Assembly: GCA_964247055.1 (NCBI GenBank)
Contig: OZ176050.1
Location: 7,440,001 to 7,504,000, forward strand
Length of the DNA: 64,000 bases
Direction: 5' to 3'
From: Paragordius varius
Taxonomy: Eukaryota > Animalia > Nematomorpha
The position numbers and the translations under genes are program-made. Positions 18,101 to 30,600 of the stretch are shown here, piece by piece. The notes beneath the pieces were generated by a model. The model worked only from the letters and a program-made list of their open reading frames with translations. It did no database searches and had not been told where the DNA came from. Numbering within the stretch: the stretch's first letter is position 1; each line of letters opens with the position of its first letter.

Positions 18101-19708
18101 CCTCTTTATCAAAATTTTACTAAAAAATATTTCTCTTTGAAAATATTCAAGTAATGCCCATTTGTAATATATCATTCGAAAGAGTAATAAAAACTCTATA
18201 AAATGCATACTAATATGTATTACATTGACAGTTAATATTGGACACAAAGAGCGACAAACGCGCGAAGCGAGAGCATTTTTTTTAATTATTATATTTTTAA
18301 AACCAATGGATGAAAATAGCTCGAACTTTGTTTAAATGGTGATGAATGTCCAAAAAAGATAACACAAGAAAGTTTTTTTGATTAAAACATTTTTTTATTG
18401 CTTTTATGTCACTCAAAACAGCCATTTTTAAGTTTTTTGTTTTTTAAAAATTACCATCTCATCAATATTAATTTATTTTCTTTATAAGGCTGATAATTTC
18501 GAAATTTTAAAGATAAAAACAAAGTTTAAGGTATTTTTGATCTTTTATAGCCATTATGTAATAAATTAACAGTTATAACTATGCATTTTAGTATCCACTA
18601 GGTAAAATATTTATGATAATAATAATTTTTATTAAAAAAGCAAACCAAAAGCTTTTTCAAACATTTTTTTTAAATTAAATACTAATATAACCCTAATAAT
18701 TATATTAAAATAATTTATATGATTTTCAAATTAGTTTGTCTGTGAAAATTCTTGACTTATTTAAGGATTGAAAATTTCGACCATTTAAATCCAAATAACT
18801 TTTATATCCGATTGATTTAAATGACTTACTACCATTTAAAAGATGCAGTTTTTTGTGCTCTTTCGAATGATATAAAATACATGGCTTCATATCTAAAACT
18901 TTTATTTTTGGAAATTTCGAGTTTAATGTTAAATCGGGGCCAAAAATTATCGATAAACTCTAATATAAAAAAATTCTTCCATGCTGGACCATTTTTCTTT
19001 TCAGATATACTAATTATGTACTTTAATGAAATAAATTTTAAATTTACAAGAATGGCAGTTTAAAAAAGTTAAAATTTGTTGTCTAGTGTTATATATTAAC
19101 TAAAATCACGCATATGTATTAGCCGATTATATGTTTTGTGTAATACTTTAGATTATGTTTGTGTAAAGTAAATATTCAAGATATATTTATAAATTTTAAT
19201 TATATGTTCCGATTTTTTATTTTTTTGCAAATGGAATTAGACAACATTTTTATGTGTTATTGCATCACATAGCATTTTTAAACTGCAAGTTCAGTGGAAA
19301 GAACCAAATATCTCTCTTTGATTGAAAAAAATATATATATAATATACTTAAATATAATATACTTAAAAGCCAAATTTATAAAAAATCAGACTTAAATGAC
19401 TTTGATACCACAGTTAGTTTTTTCGCTTAAACGTTCAAGCTAAATGTTAATATATTAAAATAGACCCATTTGATAGGTCCATATTTTACATCCGATAAAA
19501 TTTTATGTTATAATTTTCCAAATTGTTTAACTCCAAAAATTTATTTAAAGGACACATTATTATTATTTGTATATCCCTTATAAATATATTTAATATTTAG
19601 TCAATATTTCAAACAATAATATTAATTTATGCCAAATTCAATTATTTTAAATTATAGCGCAAAGGACACAAGAAATCAGCCAAAGTGGCAGAAAGTGATG
19701 AAGAATAA
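14022..19708 (+). CDS. LEO1: RNA polymerase-associated protein LEO1 (PAF1 complex), ~446 aa, 10 exons
   Basis: Exons 14022-14052, 14080-14180, 14530-14888, 15171-15425, 15725-15859, 16184-16331, 16807-16906, 17482-17583, 17880-17938, 19658-19708 with consistent phases. Leo1-domain motifs: [102 protein letters not shown]. The 5' exons are less certain. Confidence 0.93.
15114..15156. repeat. (TA)n microsatellite in a LEO1 intron
   Basis: About 21 uninterrupted TA units. Confidence 0.95.
17972..19088. mobile_element. Non-autonomous CMC-superfamily (Chapaev3/CACTA-like) element in the last LEO1 intron
   Basis: 18-bp TIRs CACTGGACAACAAATTTT / AAAATTTGTTGTCTAGTG (1 mismatch) and a 3-bp TTA TSD (17969-17971, 19089-19091). 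No transposase ORF. Confidence 0.8.
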
Positions 19709-20279
19709 TTTATACATAATAAATGAATTTTCATACATTTTTTTAAATTAATTCTACGCTCAAATTATTGTTGGGACATTTTTTTAAAAGTTTGTTTGTT
19801 TAATAAACAAAAATAAATTATCAATATATACAATTAGATTGTACTCATAATACCCCTCCTATCATGAAAAAAATACAAGGCCGGTATGCGGTAAACTTTT
19901 TTAAATTTAGGGCTTGAACTGTTATGTTTTAATTTAAGGTGGTTTTAAAGCGATTTCTTAAATGGAAAAAGATCTCATAAAACTGCCTAAGGCTTAACCC
20001 ACTAAACCTTCAAACTTGTTAAAATACGGGTTTTATTTTTTCATTGTGGTTTTATGCCTTGCTTTAAAATTAATCTAAATAATTAACTAGCTGGACTTGT
20101 TACGTCTCGCAGAATCACAAATAAACTTAGGAATCGAAGATAAAAAGAATGGAATTTAAAATTATTTATATTAAAATTGTCTCTTATTCACCTATTCACA
20201 TTTATAAGAATGTTTAATTATAAAAATATTAAATCTAAGAAATGTGTTTTACACCATATTTTTAAAAAGAGCCCCACAC

Positions 20280-21150
20280 AGAGGCTAATTATGAAAGCGT
20301 TTCTTTAATTTTTACCTAAGATAAATGTAGGTCCATAATCCATATGCCCGTATATTTTTACGGAATATTGTTTAAAAGATTTTTTTGGATTTAGTTTTTT
20401 ATGCAAACACTACGATTTTAGGGGGCAGCTTAATACAGGGCCATATTAAAAACGGTTTCCCTTGGGGCATTTATAAAAAATCCATCGGCCTAAAAATTCG
20501 AAAAAATGGTTTCTTACCCAATATTTGTTTAAACCTTTAAGGGTGCGGGACTCCGAAAAAAATGGCTATCATCTTCGGCACATTTATAATGAATATGAAA
20601 TTTCCCATAAATTTGAGGCGCACATGTTTTCGGGAAAATTGCTTCTAAACCAATATTTGTTTAAAACCTTATTTTTGGCGATTTGCGTTGGTACATTTAT
20701 AAAAGATTCCACTTTTAAATTCTAATGAGCCTACTCGTTTTCCGGACATTTGCTTCAAAGACATTATCGTTTGAACCCCATTTTCAGACGGGCGACTGAA
20801 CTATGGTGTTTTGGCGCACCAGTAAAAAATCAAAAAAATTATTATATTCGAAAACGCCTCTTTTCAGAAAAATGCTAACGGTAATTGGAGGATTTAAAAC
20901 CAGCCACCGTCGGTATCTTGAAGATCATTGGATTTGAATTCCTGTGGATTTTAAAATACCCTGAGGTAATTTTACTCAAAAACCCCCAGAACTAAAAATA
21001 CCATACCTTTTTTCGGAAAGGAGTTTTAAAGCAAAATTTTTGGGACGTCTTTTCGCCAGGGATTGAGCAGAGGGTCTATTTAAAAAAACGGCGTAGTGAC
21101 CCTCAGCGCATTTATAAGTGCTAAAAAAATTCACTTTGGTATTCTGGATA
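20280..21150. repeat. Degenerate ~130-150-bp tandem array
   Basis: CAATATTTGTTTAAA recurs at ~20519 and ~20651 with a variant at ~20365. It is the reverse complement of the units at 39030-39790, and the 3' part resembles the 43280-44520 array. Confidence 0.55.
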
Positions 21151-21694
21151 AGTGCTTCTACATTTATAACATATATTAATTATATAAGGCATTTATTATT
21201 ATGGAATTTATAAAAAAACTCACACAAAAGATATTATGTAATTAATTAAATAAAAATCATTTACTTATGCATAAATACATTGATTTCAAATAAAGTGTTG
21301 TTGCGTTTTTCATGGAGATATAATAGACCCACAAAAATAGTATAAAAACGGTCAAATGAATAGATTAATTATTTTGCAAGTATATAATATAAATAATTTT
21401 GCTATTTATGCATAGACTGTAAAAAATGAATGCGACGTCATTATTTTCAATTTTTCTAACAAAAATATGTCATGGATGAGCAAAACCATAAAAATTACCA
21501 AAACTAAAAATGGCACAACATATATTGATTGAAAAAAAAGATGGATGTTTTAAATAAATTACGTATAATCCATGATAAAAACATTGAGCTTTACTTCAAA
21601 ACAAAAATATACATGAATAAAAAAAATATGGTAAATATATTTACTTATAAAAAATGCGAAATTTTTTTAACGTTTACTTGTGTTTTTTTATTTA

Positions 21695-24600
21695 TTAATT
21701 ATATAATGTTGGTGACATCAATGTATCATTGCAAGTTTCATCCATTTCACATTGCAAAATTTCGTTATACGGATGATCAGGTAAGGACATATTCAAATTG
21801 CTGTAATCCAAAAAAGAAAAATCTGTATTAGAAGTTTCGGCCTCTCTATTTAACATATTGTATTCAACCATATTGTTTTGCGCATCAATATTTTTTCTAC
21901 TATTATCTGTATTATTTACGTTGGTATATAAAGAGACTGGAAGGTTCAATACATGTTTACCAGCAATATTGGTGGCTGAGTAGTCATTTGAAAGGGGATA
22001 ATTGTGACCAAAAGTAGAGAATTTAAATTTATTGAAAGAATTATTATTATGATTAATATTATTAGACGTTGTTTCATGAAGCGAAGAATTTGTTTGGTTG
22101 GCTGAAAAATTAAGAGGTGGGTTTTGTAAGCATTTGTATCCATTTGTAATATCTTCACCGGTTTTGAGCAAATTGACTAAGACACTATTTGTGCCGAGTT
22201 TTGGGACATTTTTACCATTTAATAGCTTTGATGGTCCAACATTGGAATTTAAATCCCCTATAATTTTTTTTGGTTTTTATGTAATAAAGAATGAATATAA
22301 AAATAAAATGGTTAATATAAAAATAACAAAGGAGGAAAAAACAGGTATTCGAAAAACGCCATCAATCATTAAATTTTATTGCCACTTTCGTCTGCTTATT
22401 AATTAAGTACATCTAGTGTGATTTTTCCTTTCATTTTCAAATATCATTATTTATTTTCGAATGCATATATTTTGTACTATAATTTTTTGTGCTTACTGTA
22501 TAAAAACATTAATACAGCAATTTGCCTAATTGGGAAAATACATCTGACTAACGTTTGTAACTTTATAACTAAGACCTTATTTAGGTACATCGAATGATAT
22601 ACAGAATTTAATTGTTTAGGGGCTTTTAAAAGGTTAATTATTAAAAGCGATTATAAGGCAGTGGGGCTTGTGTATTTTAAGTTCAAAGAATTTGAAAGGT
22701 TTTTATCTTAGGAAGTGTTTATGAGTGGATTCCATATCCAATCAGTTTTTATCTTTCCTTGATATAGTTTTTCTATAACCTTAAAATCGGTTCCAAAAAA
22801 TGTTTAGTAAAAAATTTATAAAAGAAAAAACATTCTTCAATGTCTTTAATTCAAAATTATAATCGGTTTGTTTAAAACCATAGTATCGATAAATTATAAT
22901 AATTTTGTGTCTGCATTTTTTTTAAATGTTGGCGCTATAGTGACTAAGAAATACAAACTGTAAATAGATATGAATACGTTAAAGCTTACGTTTCCTTGCA
23001 CCAGAAGAAAATAAGGCATTATTTTCCAAAATATCATGTTTGTATAAATCAAATCGTTTGAATCGGTCTCCATTGTTTATAAGGTTGTTACCGTTTATTT
23101 TATCAATATTATCATTCAAAATCCTAAAAACAGGTACGCTACCATTTAAAACCGCTTGATAAGTATTTGTTGCATTCAAAGACGCGCCATTTAAATTTTT
23201 GTACCTAGAATATCATTTAGTATAGTGATATAGAGCTAAATTCTGTAAAATAAGTGATAGGTGATACCCTTGGTCACAGTACAACCCAACTATTTGGAAT
23301 GTCACTTTTTATTATTGGTTATATGAGTGTTTAAGATAAATTGAGAAAATAACAATGAGAGCAAATATATACCTTAATCCTTATTTCTTGCTTAAATTAT
23401 GGGAATTACGTACAATTAAGAAATAAAACATAAACTTGCTAAACAAATTTATTATCTTTATTTACCTGTTAAACCTTATAACCAACAATGTATCATTCAC
23501 TGTATATCTAACTTAAAAGATGAACTCCTTAATTTGTTAAGGTAATATAGAATTATATATGATTATAAAATTGAACAATTTAACACAAAAATATACTGAA
23601 TTGGAGTTCCCGTTCTAATAACTTGTTGCATAACATATAAAGGGGGAGGGGAAACACAATTTTTTCCTTGTTGTAGGCTTTGTGATGCAGTTGAAAGTAA
23701 CAAAGTTTTTTTAATGTCATCAACACACTTTGATTCATCTTTCGTCGGGCTGTAAAGCACAGTGTTAAAGGGCATGTTTTTATCATTTATCTTACCCTTA
23801 CAATCCTCCTGTAAACTCATTATATCCTCAATAATATTCTCCATACTATCCCGCCGTGCACCGTTAGAAAGTTGGGATTCTTGGTAACCACTGTCATCCT
23901 ATATATCAGAATAAAAAAAGTTTTTTCGCAAAGTTTAATATGATCTTGCGAATACATAGTGTATAAGTTAAAGTGAGGGTATATTATTCTTAATATATAG
24001 TCATTTGTTAAACTTCTGCAAAATAATGATTTTACAGATTAAAAAATCATTTGAAAATTAACTGCAATAATTTGTATGATATAAATAATCGAGTAGTCAT
24101 TATATAGTATAAACTTAAGAAAAATGTATATACTAAATCTTACATGTAAAGAAGATGATGAATCGATTGGGCTTATTAAATTGGTTGATCCATTAGAGGC
24201 TGTATATTAAAAAAATAATTAAAATTTTATATAAGAAGACTAAAATAACCTATTTATATATTATTTTATTTTTTTAAATTTATTCAAAATCACAAAACTT
24301 ACCAGTACCACGTTAAACAAAGATTTAGAAAAAGGGACAAATATAACTGTACAGAATACCTGAATCCATTAAATGATTTATTTTAGCTATATTCCTAGAA
24401 TTTTGTGCCAATACATCTTCAATGGATGATGGATATTCGGCGGCTTTCACCACACCATTGTTCACATTTATGGTTTTATAAGTTTTATAGGGATATTTCA
24501 TATAATTACCATTAGCAAGAGAGGCGGATAAATCATAATTTGCCATATCAGTCAATGCATAATTATTTTTATGTAAGTTGTTTGAATTGTAATAAATGGT

Positions 24601-27600
24601 GTCAGGCCTTTCCATTTTGGAATACAAGCCAACCGAAGGTACATTTATATCTTTAGCCAGGGAACTAGAAAACTTTTTATTTATTCTTTTGGCCGTATTA
24701 ATGTTATTCGTATTTGTGGTATTGATAGAAAATGAATCAATATTGTGCGAGGAATTTCGTTTAACACTTCGATTTATGGATGCTTTTTTAAGGCCATTAT
24801 GCGTTATATTTGCATGTGTACTCTTTTTACCAAACGTGGGAGCGTCCAACAAAAATATGTCATCTTTAGAAACGTATTTTATGTTCGCCTGTTGAATAAG
24901 ACTAGGTGCTCTATGGCAAAGTGTTTCATCAATCGATTTTTCTTCCTTATTCCTCCTTAGCGATGTGGTATTACCACAAAAGTTAGAATGATAAAAAGGA
25001 TTTTGTATTACAAGGGATGGATCAGATGGATTAACTTCAATAAGGTCGTTTGTATTTGGATTGGTAGTTACAACCAAATTTTGTCTCCAAAATTCTGGGT
25101 GAACTTGTACAATGTTTGATGGATGAACGGTATCAAGAGAATTATTAGCCTTAATAGTTTGACTATCATCTTTTTTCTTCTCCGATGGGATGGGACGAGG
25201 TGATGATTTTATATTCAAAAGATTCTTTGTGTTGAGCTTAATGGCTCGCCAAGATTTGACCGCAGATTCAGGCGTTTGGAAATCAGACAAAATATATTCA
25301 GGATTTTCGCGAAATCTGAATTAAAAGTTATGATAAAGACACCGAAATTTAGATAAATGCTATATTAAGAATAAACGCTTAAAGGGGAAACGATTGGCAG
25401 GTAAAAAGGGAACAAAACATATACTAACTCGCATAGATTAACCCAAATTAGTAAACTGTGTTTGATAAAATTTACAAAATAGTATTACGGAAATATCGCT
25501 AATATTATATAATTATTTATATAATAATCATCTCTATCATATTTCATTCACACAATCAAAATATTTTGTAAGTAAGCAACACTTGATAACTTAATAAATT
25601 TTGTCAAACTTTTTCATATTTTTGTGTGTGCCTACCAGCATTATTTTTCGATTGATTAAATACTTAAATTTTTCCCAAATATTTATATTTTTTCATATTT
25701 TCCCACTAAAAACAAACAAATGAATATCACTAAAAAAGAAATCAATAAATATTTTTTTGATTTGAAGAGAAATAAGTTATGTAAAAAAAGAAAACAAGAA
25801 ATAAAATTATAATTATAATATTTTTTTGACAAATCTATCTATCGTTAATATTGCATGTATGTAACGCATGTTTATATCATATTTTAGCAATATAAACATA
25901 TAACGCAGTTAGATAATAAAATTAAAAAAAATGTTTTTGTTGAATATTAAATGTCAAGGTCTGAGCTATACGCGTTAATATATAGGAAAAGGGTGTTTTA
26001 CTTCCAAAAATATAAATGTACGGTCAGGTTAGAATGAATAGGCGTTTTTTTGAAAAATAGGCCAAAAGAACTTTAATTATAATAAATAGCGATAAAATTT
26101 TAAAAAATGCTTACTGATAAAATGAAATCATATTAATTGCCTAAAACCATTTTAATAGGTTTAAAAAAAGATGTTATCTATTTTTAGACAGAATTTTAAT
26201 AACGTATAATTTAAGTAATATAAAAATAAATAAATATTTTGTTCAAGTTTAAAATCTAATCCTTCATAAACTTTAAATTTCCAAAATTTGATATATAGGC
26301 CAATTATAAAGGACGATATAAATATTCTTAAATGATATAGGCCAATTATAAAGGGCGATATAAATATTCTAAAAAATACTATTCCTACAAACACAAATAT
26401 TTCATAATTAGATTCGTAAAATAAATAAAAATAGGCATTAAATGACTGTACTAAGGTAAATACTCTTATAATTTAAGGATAGTTAGGATTCTTAAACTAT
26501 CAAATGCTCAATTATTTATCCTAAATTTTTAAAAAAATGTTCTTTAAACACAAACCTATTCAATGTATCGTATGATAAATATTTATAGACGTTTGACAAA
26601 AAAAATTGGTTTTTCATTTTGTAGTCAAAAATTTGTTAACTAAGATCAAAGAATCATTGATTACGATTTTAAAATAAAAGCTTTTATATTTATCCCTTCT
26701 GCGATTATTATTTTTATACCCATATAGATTTAAAACGGTTTCATTAGGTGCAAATAGATTTGTATTTGTTAAAAAACTTATCTGATTTGAGATGTTCGGA
26801 GAATATTTGTTATATTAAATCGATAAATATATTATCAAATATTTTATCGTGGATAAATTTGGTAAAATATTAAATTGATATTTTTACTGCTATTTAATAC
26901 AAATAAAGAAAAATTTACAATTCTATTTAAATAACTTGTAATAATTTTTAAAGCTCAAGTAAATTAAATTTTTATCATATCGATATTTAAATTGTTAAAA
27001 ATATGTTATATTAATATATTTTATCGCACATTAACATACTCCAAAAAAATGGTATTAATAATAAATTGAATTGACATATAGAATATTTAATATAATATTT
27101 TTAGAAATTTAGGTAAAAAATACGATATTTCAAAAAATCTTAATTACTATCCAAAATTTAACAATTAAAAAATATATAAGAAAAAATTATTTATTTGTAT
27201 AACTTAAAAACTTACCCCACAATATTATGCAGACACACTATGTAACAAGAAGGTGAAAAAGAGGATCGATAATGTTGAAGTTTACTATTAAGGTTATTTG
27301 ATTCAGGGTTGTTTATTTTACCATTCCGTGATATTTGGTGAATATAAGGCGATAGTTTAGCATTCATAAAATCATTATTATTATTATCGTTGTTTAATTT
27401 ATGGAAATGTTGTGAGCCATTTATATTGCTATAATCTGCAGTATTTAGTTTATAGGATGATGAAGTAGAAACATTAAAATTTTTGTTTAAAGAGACGTTA
27501 TGATAACCATTCTGATTATTAAATTTATTATTAGCCAAACCGTTTTTGCTGGTAACATCATTATTTGTTGGTAATTGCCCATTTTTCAAATCTCCATTCC

Positions 27601-30600
27601 ATTTGTTGTGATTAAATACAGTTTGAGATGGGCTTTGAGTCCCATTATATGTTGGTTTTGTTTGTGGGTTTAAATCAATTTTTTGTTGTATGAAAGTATC
27701 GTTGTTATTAACATTGGAAATTTCAGGTTTTTCAGTTAAAACTCCCCCTGAATCTATAGCGTTATCAACAACGCAAGCCTGGGTACTTACCCAAGCAAAC
27801 CCACCCTGTTTAACCAAAAGCCTATAAATGCCAGTTTTGATTTGTCCAAAAACATTCACTGTAAAAAATTAAATAAAAGATTATATATATAAGCGCGTTC
27901 AATAATTTTTTAATGTGTTAACAACATTGAGCAATACTTTTATCCATCCATTTTTTCGAAAATTGATAGGAATCAAAAATTTCAGCATAAATGTTAAAAT
28001 AACTGTAAAATTGTTGCTAATTATAAACAGACATGGCGTGATAATGAAAAAGAAAATTTTAGCCGTTACGTTTTTTAAATTAAATGAAAATGTTTGGATA
28101 TATAATAAAATTTTTATCTTATTCACGATAAGGCAATAATTTAAACCAAATTACTTAATTTTTCGTCAAATTAATAAGGTTGTACTTATATGTATCTATC
28201 AAATAATTATATATTATACATCGTTTCATATCAGATCTAAATCGTTCGAGATCAAGAATGTGAATCAAATCGTAGAATGAACGTCCAACCAGTTGCCAAA
28301 TATCGTATCCCAATACATCGGCAACTCTAAAGCGTGATAATTTATTTTATGATATTTGTATTAATATTTAAATAAGTACTTAAACGATATAACATTATTT
28401 AATCATTACAAAATATGTAGTTCCAATATATTACTTATTTATTACACTAAATTTAAAGTTTATAAGGTTTTTCAAATTCTTTAAAATGATATTAATTCGT
28501 AATTATCATTACAAAATTTATAGTTCCATATATTACTTATTACACTAAATTTGAAGTTTATAAGTTTTTTCAAAATCTCAAAAAGGTAGTATATTATACG
28601 GGTTATTTTTGCAAAAAAAGGTATATTAAATTAAATAAAATTCAACAAATACAACTTTAAATAAAATTTACCGTTCATCAAAATACATGATTTTCATATC
28701 AATGCGATGTTTACTCAAAAGTGTAGCAACGGGTTTTAAAAGCCGAGAATTTGCCTTAGACTGCAATTTGTATTGTTCGTTATGGACAATATTATTTTTG
28801 AAAATTGTAGGGGTTTTATGAACAATATTTTCATTGATTTGTGGATATGGTTTTATATCATTCAAATATTTGACGTTTACTAAATATAATAATTAAAGTT
28901 AACATATTATGGGGGTGATGAAAAAAATATAAATTACTAATATTTTAATTTTATATTTTTTAATAACGGGGGGGGGGGGGGTTTATAAGCTTGCACTTTA
29001 GATTTGTTTTTAACGGACAAAAAATACTGAGATTTTTTCGAAATTTGAGTTTTATTTTAAAGTAAGCGCCAAGATTTTTAAAATATTAGATAAGTTGGCT
29101 TTTAACAATATATCATGATAATTTTCATACATAATTATTTTGAAATGTAAAATAAATTTCCAAAATATTTCATTAATTTTAATCAATTATTTGTATAAAC
29201 AATATATGTATATGAACAATTATTTAAACTTCAACTATATGGTAAAATGTAAAGATAAATTTTTTTCCTTTAAAAATTAACACAAAAATAAAATTTCTAA
29301 AAAATAAACTTTGCAATTTTTCCATTTCATCTTTCAACACTGCATCCAACATTAGTGATGAGATTAAATTGCTATTCGGATTTAGGAGTTTAGATTTTAT
29401 GATAGCATTTTTAAAGTCAATATTACAAACTGGTGTCGCTATTAGCATAGTACAAATAAGTCGTTTGGGTTCAGGACTCAATATATCGTTTTTATTTTCC
29501 ACTTTCGTTTTATCAGTAATGAGATTAGATGTTAAATGGTTTTTAAAGTTTTTCGATGTTTGCTTATTGGGGTAGAAGTGAGAATGACCAAAAAAATGTA
29601 AGACCTACAGATATGTGACAAGTTATATATCAATTAAAAATAGAGAGGCTCGTAAAATAATGTCTAAATGAGAAGGCTTTTAATCATAAAAAAATCTTTA
29701 AAAATAAATCATAATCCAATAAATTAAGCGCCATTTTTCATTTAATTCCAAATATTTTGATATTTAGCACAACCTATACATTCTTTTATCGTGTTTTTTA
29801 AATAGCACCATTTTTAACAAAATTTGATATTATTATAAAAAAATTGGTAAATTTTATAGATACAATTTATTGCGTAATCTCTTAACCTTATACTGTTGAT
29901 GATTGAAAACGGATTTATTCAATCGGCACACCGGATGACTGAGAGTTATATGGAAAGGAGATTGAGTCATATTACTAGTAGGAGATTTCGATTCCATATT
30001 TGCATTGTTTTCGTTTTTAGAACTGCCATCATTTTTATAGCCTTGTAATGGGTCAGCTAAACTATCTGTTGTGTTCCCACTCTTGTCATTTATATCGTAA
30101 TTGGATATATTGGCGTTAGTCAAGTTTGAAGTGTTAGTATGGGGCACACAAATGCGATTATAAACGTATTTAAAACGAAGTATCGTATTTATCGTACATG
30201 TTAGTAGGGTATTGTGATCATCTCTTCTCCTATCATGATTAGTATATTCATCTTGCGAGTTTTTACTACTTTTTTCCAATAAACCATCATTTTTTATGTC
30301 TCCCCTGTTAGTAATAGTTGCGTTTATGTCCTTAACTTTAATACCATCGCTTGAATTTATTAACAAATCATTCGTGTTATTTTTGTCCAAAACCTCTGAC
30401 TCTTTTTTGAGTTTAGCAAGAAAATCTTCCACATCATCAGGATGAATGAATTCTGTTATACTTTGGCCCAGCAAACAAATCTAAAAAAATTCGAATATGA
30501 GCCATAATTAATTAATAATAGAGAGCAAGTATCATAATTTTTTATCTAATAAATAATTAATTAGATGCTGCTAATAATAATTATCAATTGACTATAAGGA

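Noticed and set aside
24596-24960. Plus-strand ORFs 24596-24895 and 24745-24960 (also 22098-22406, 48954-49478, 56266-56661)
   Set aside because: Antisense shadows of real exons of HIF-alpha, p62 and the GW gene.
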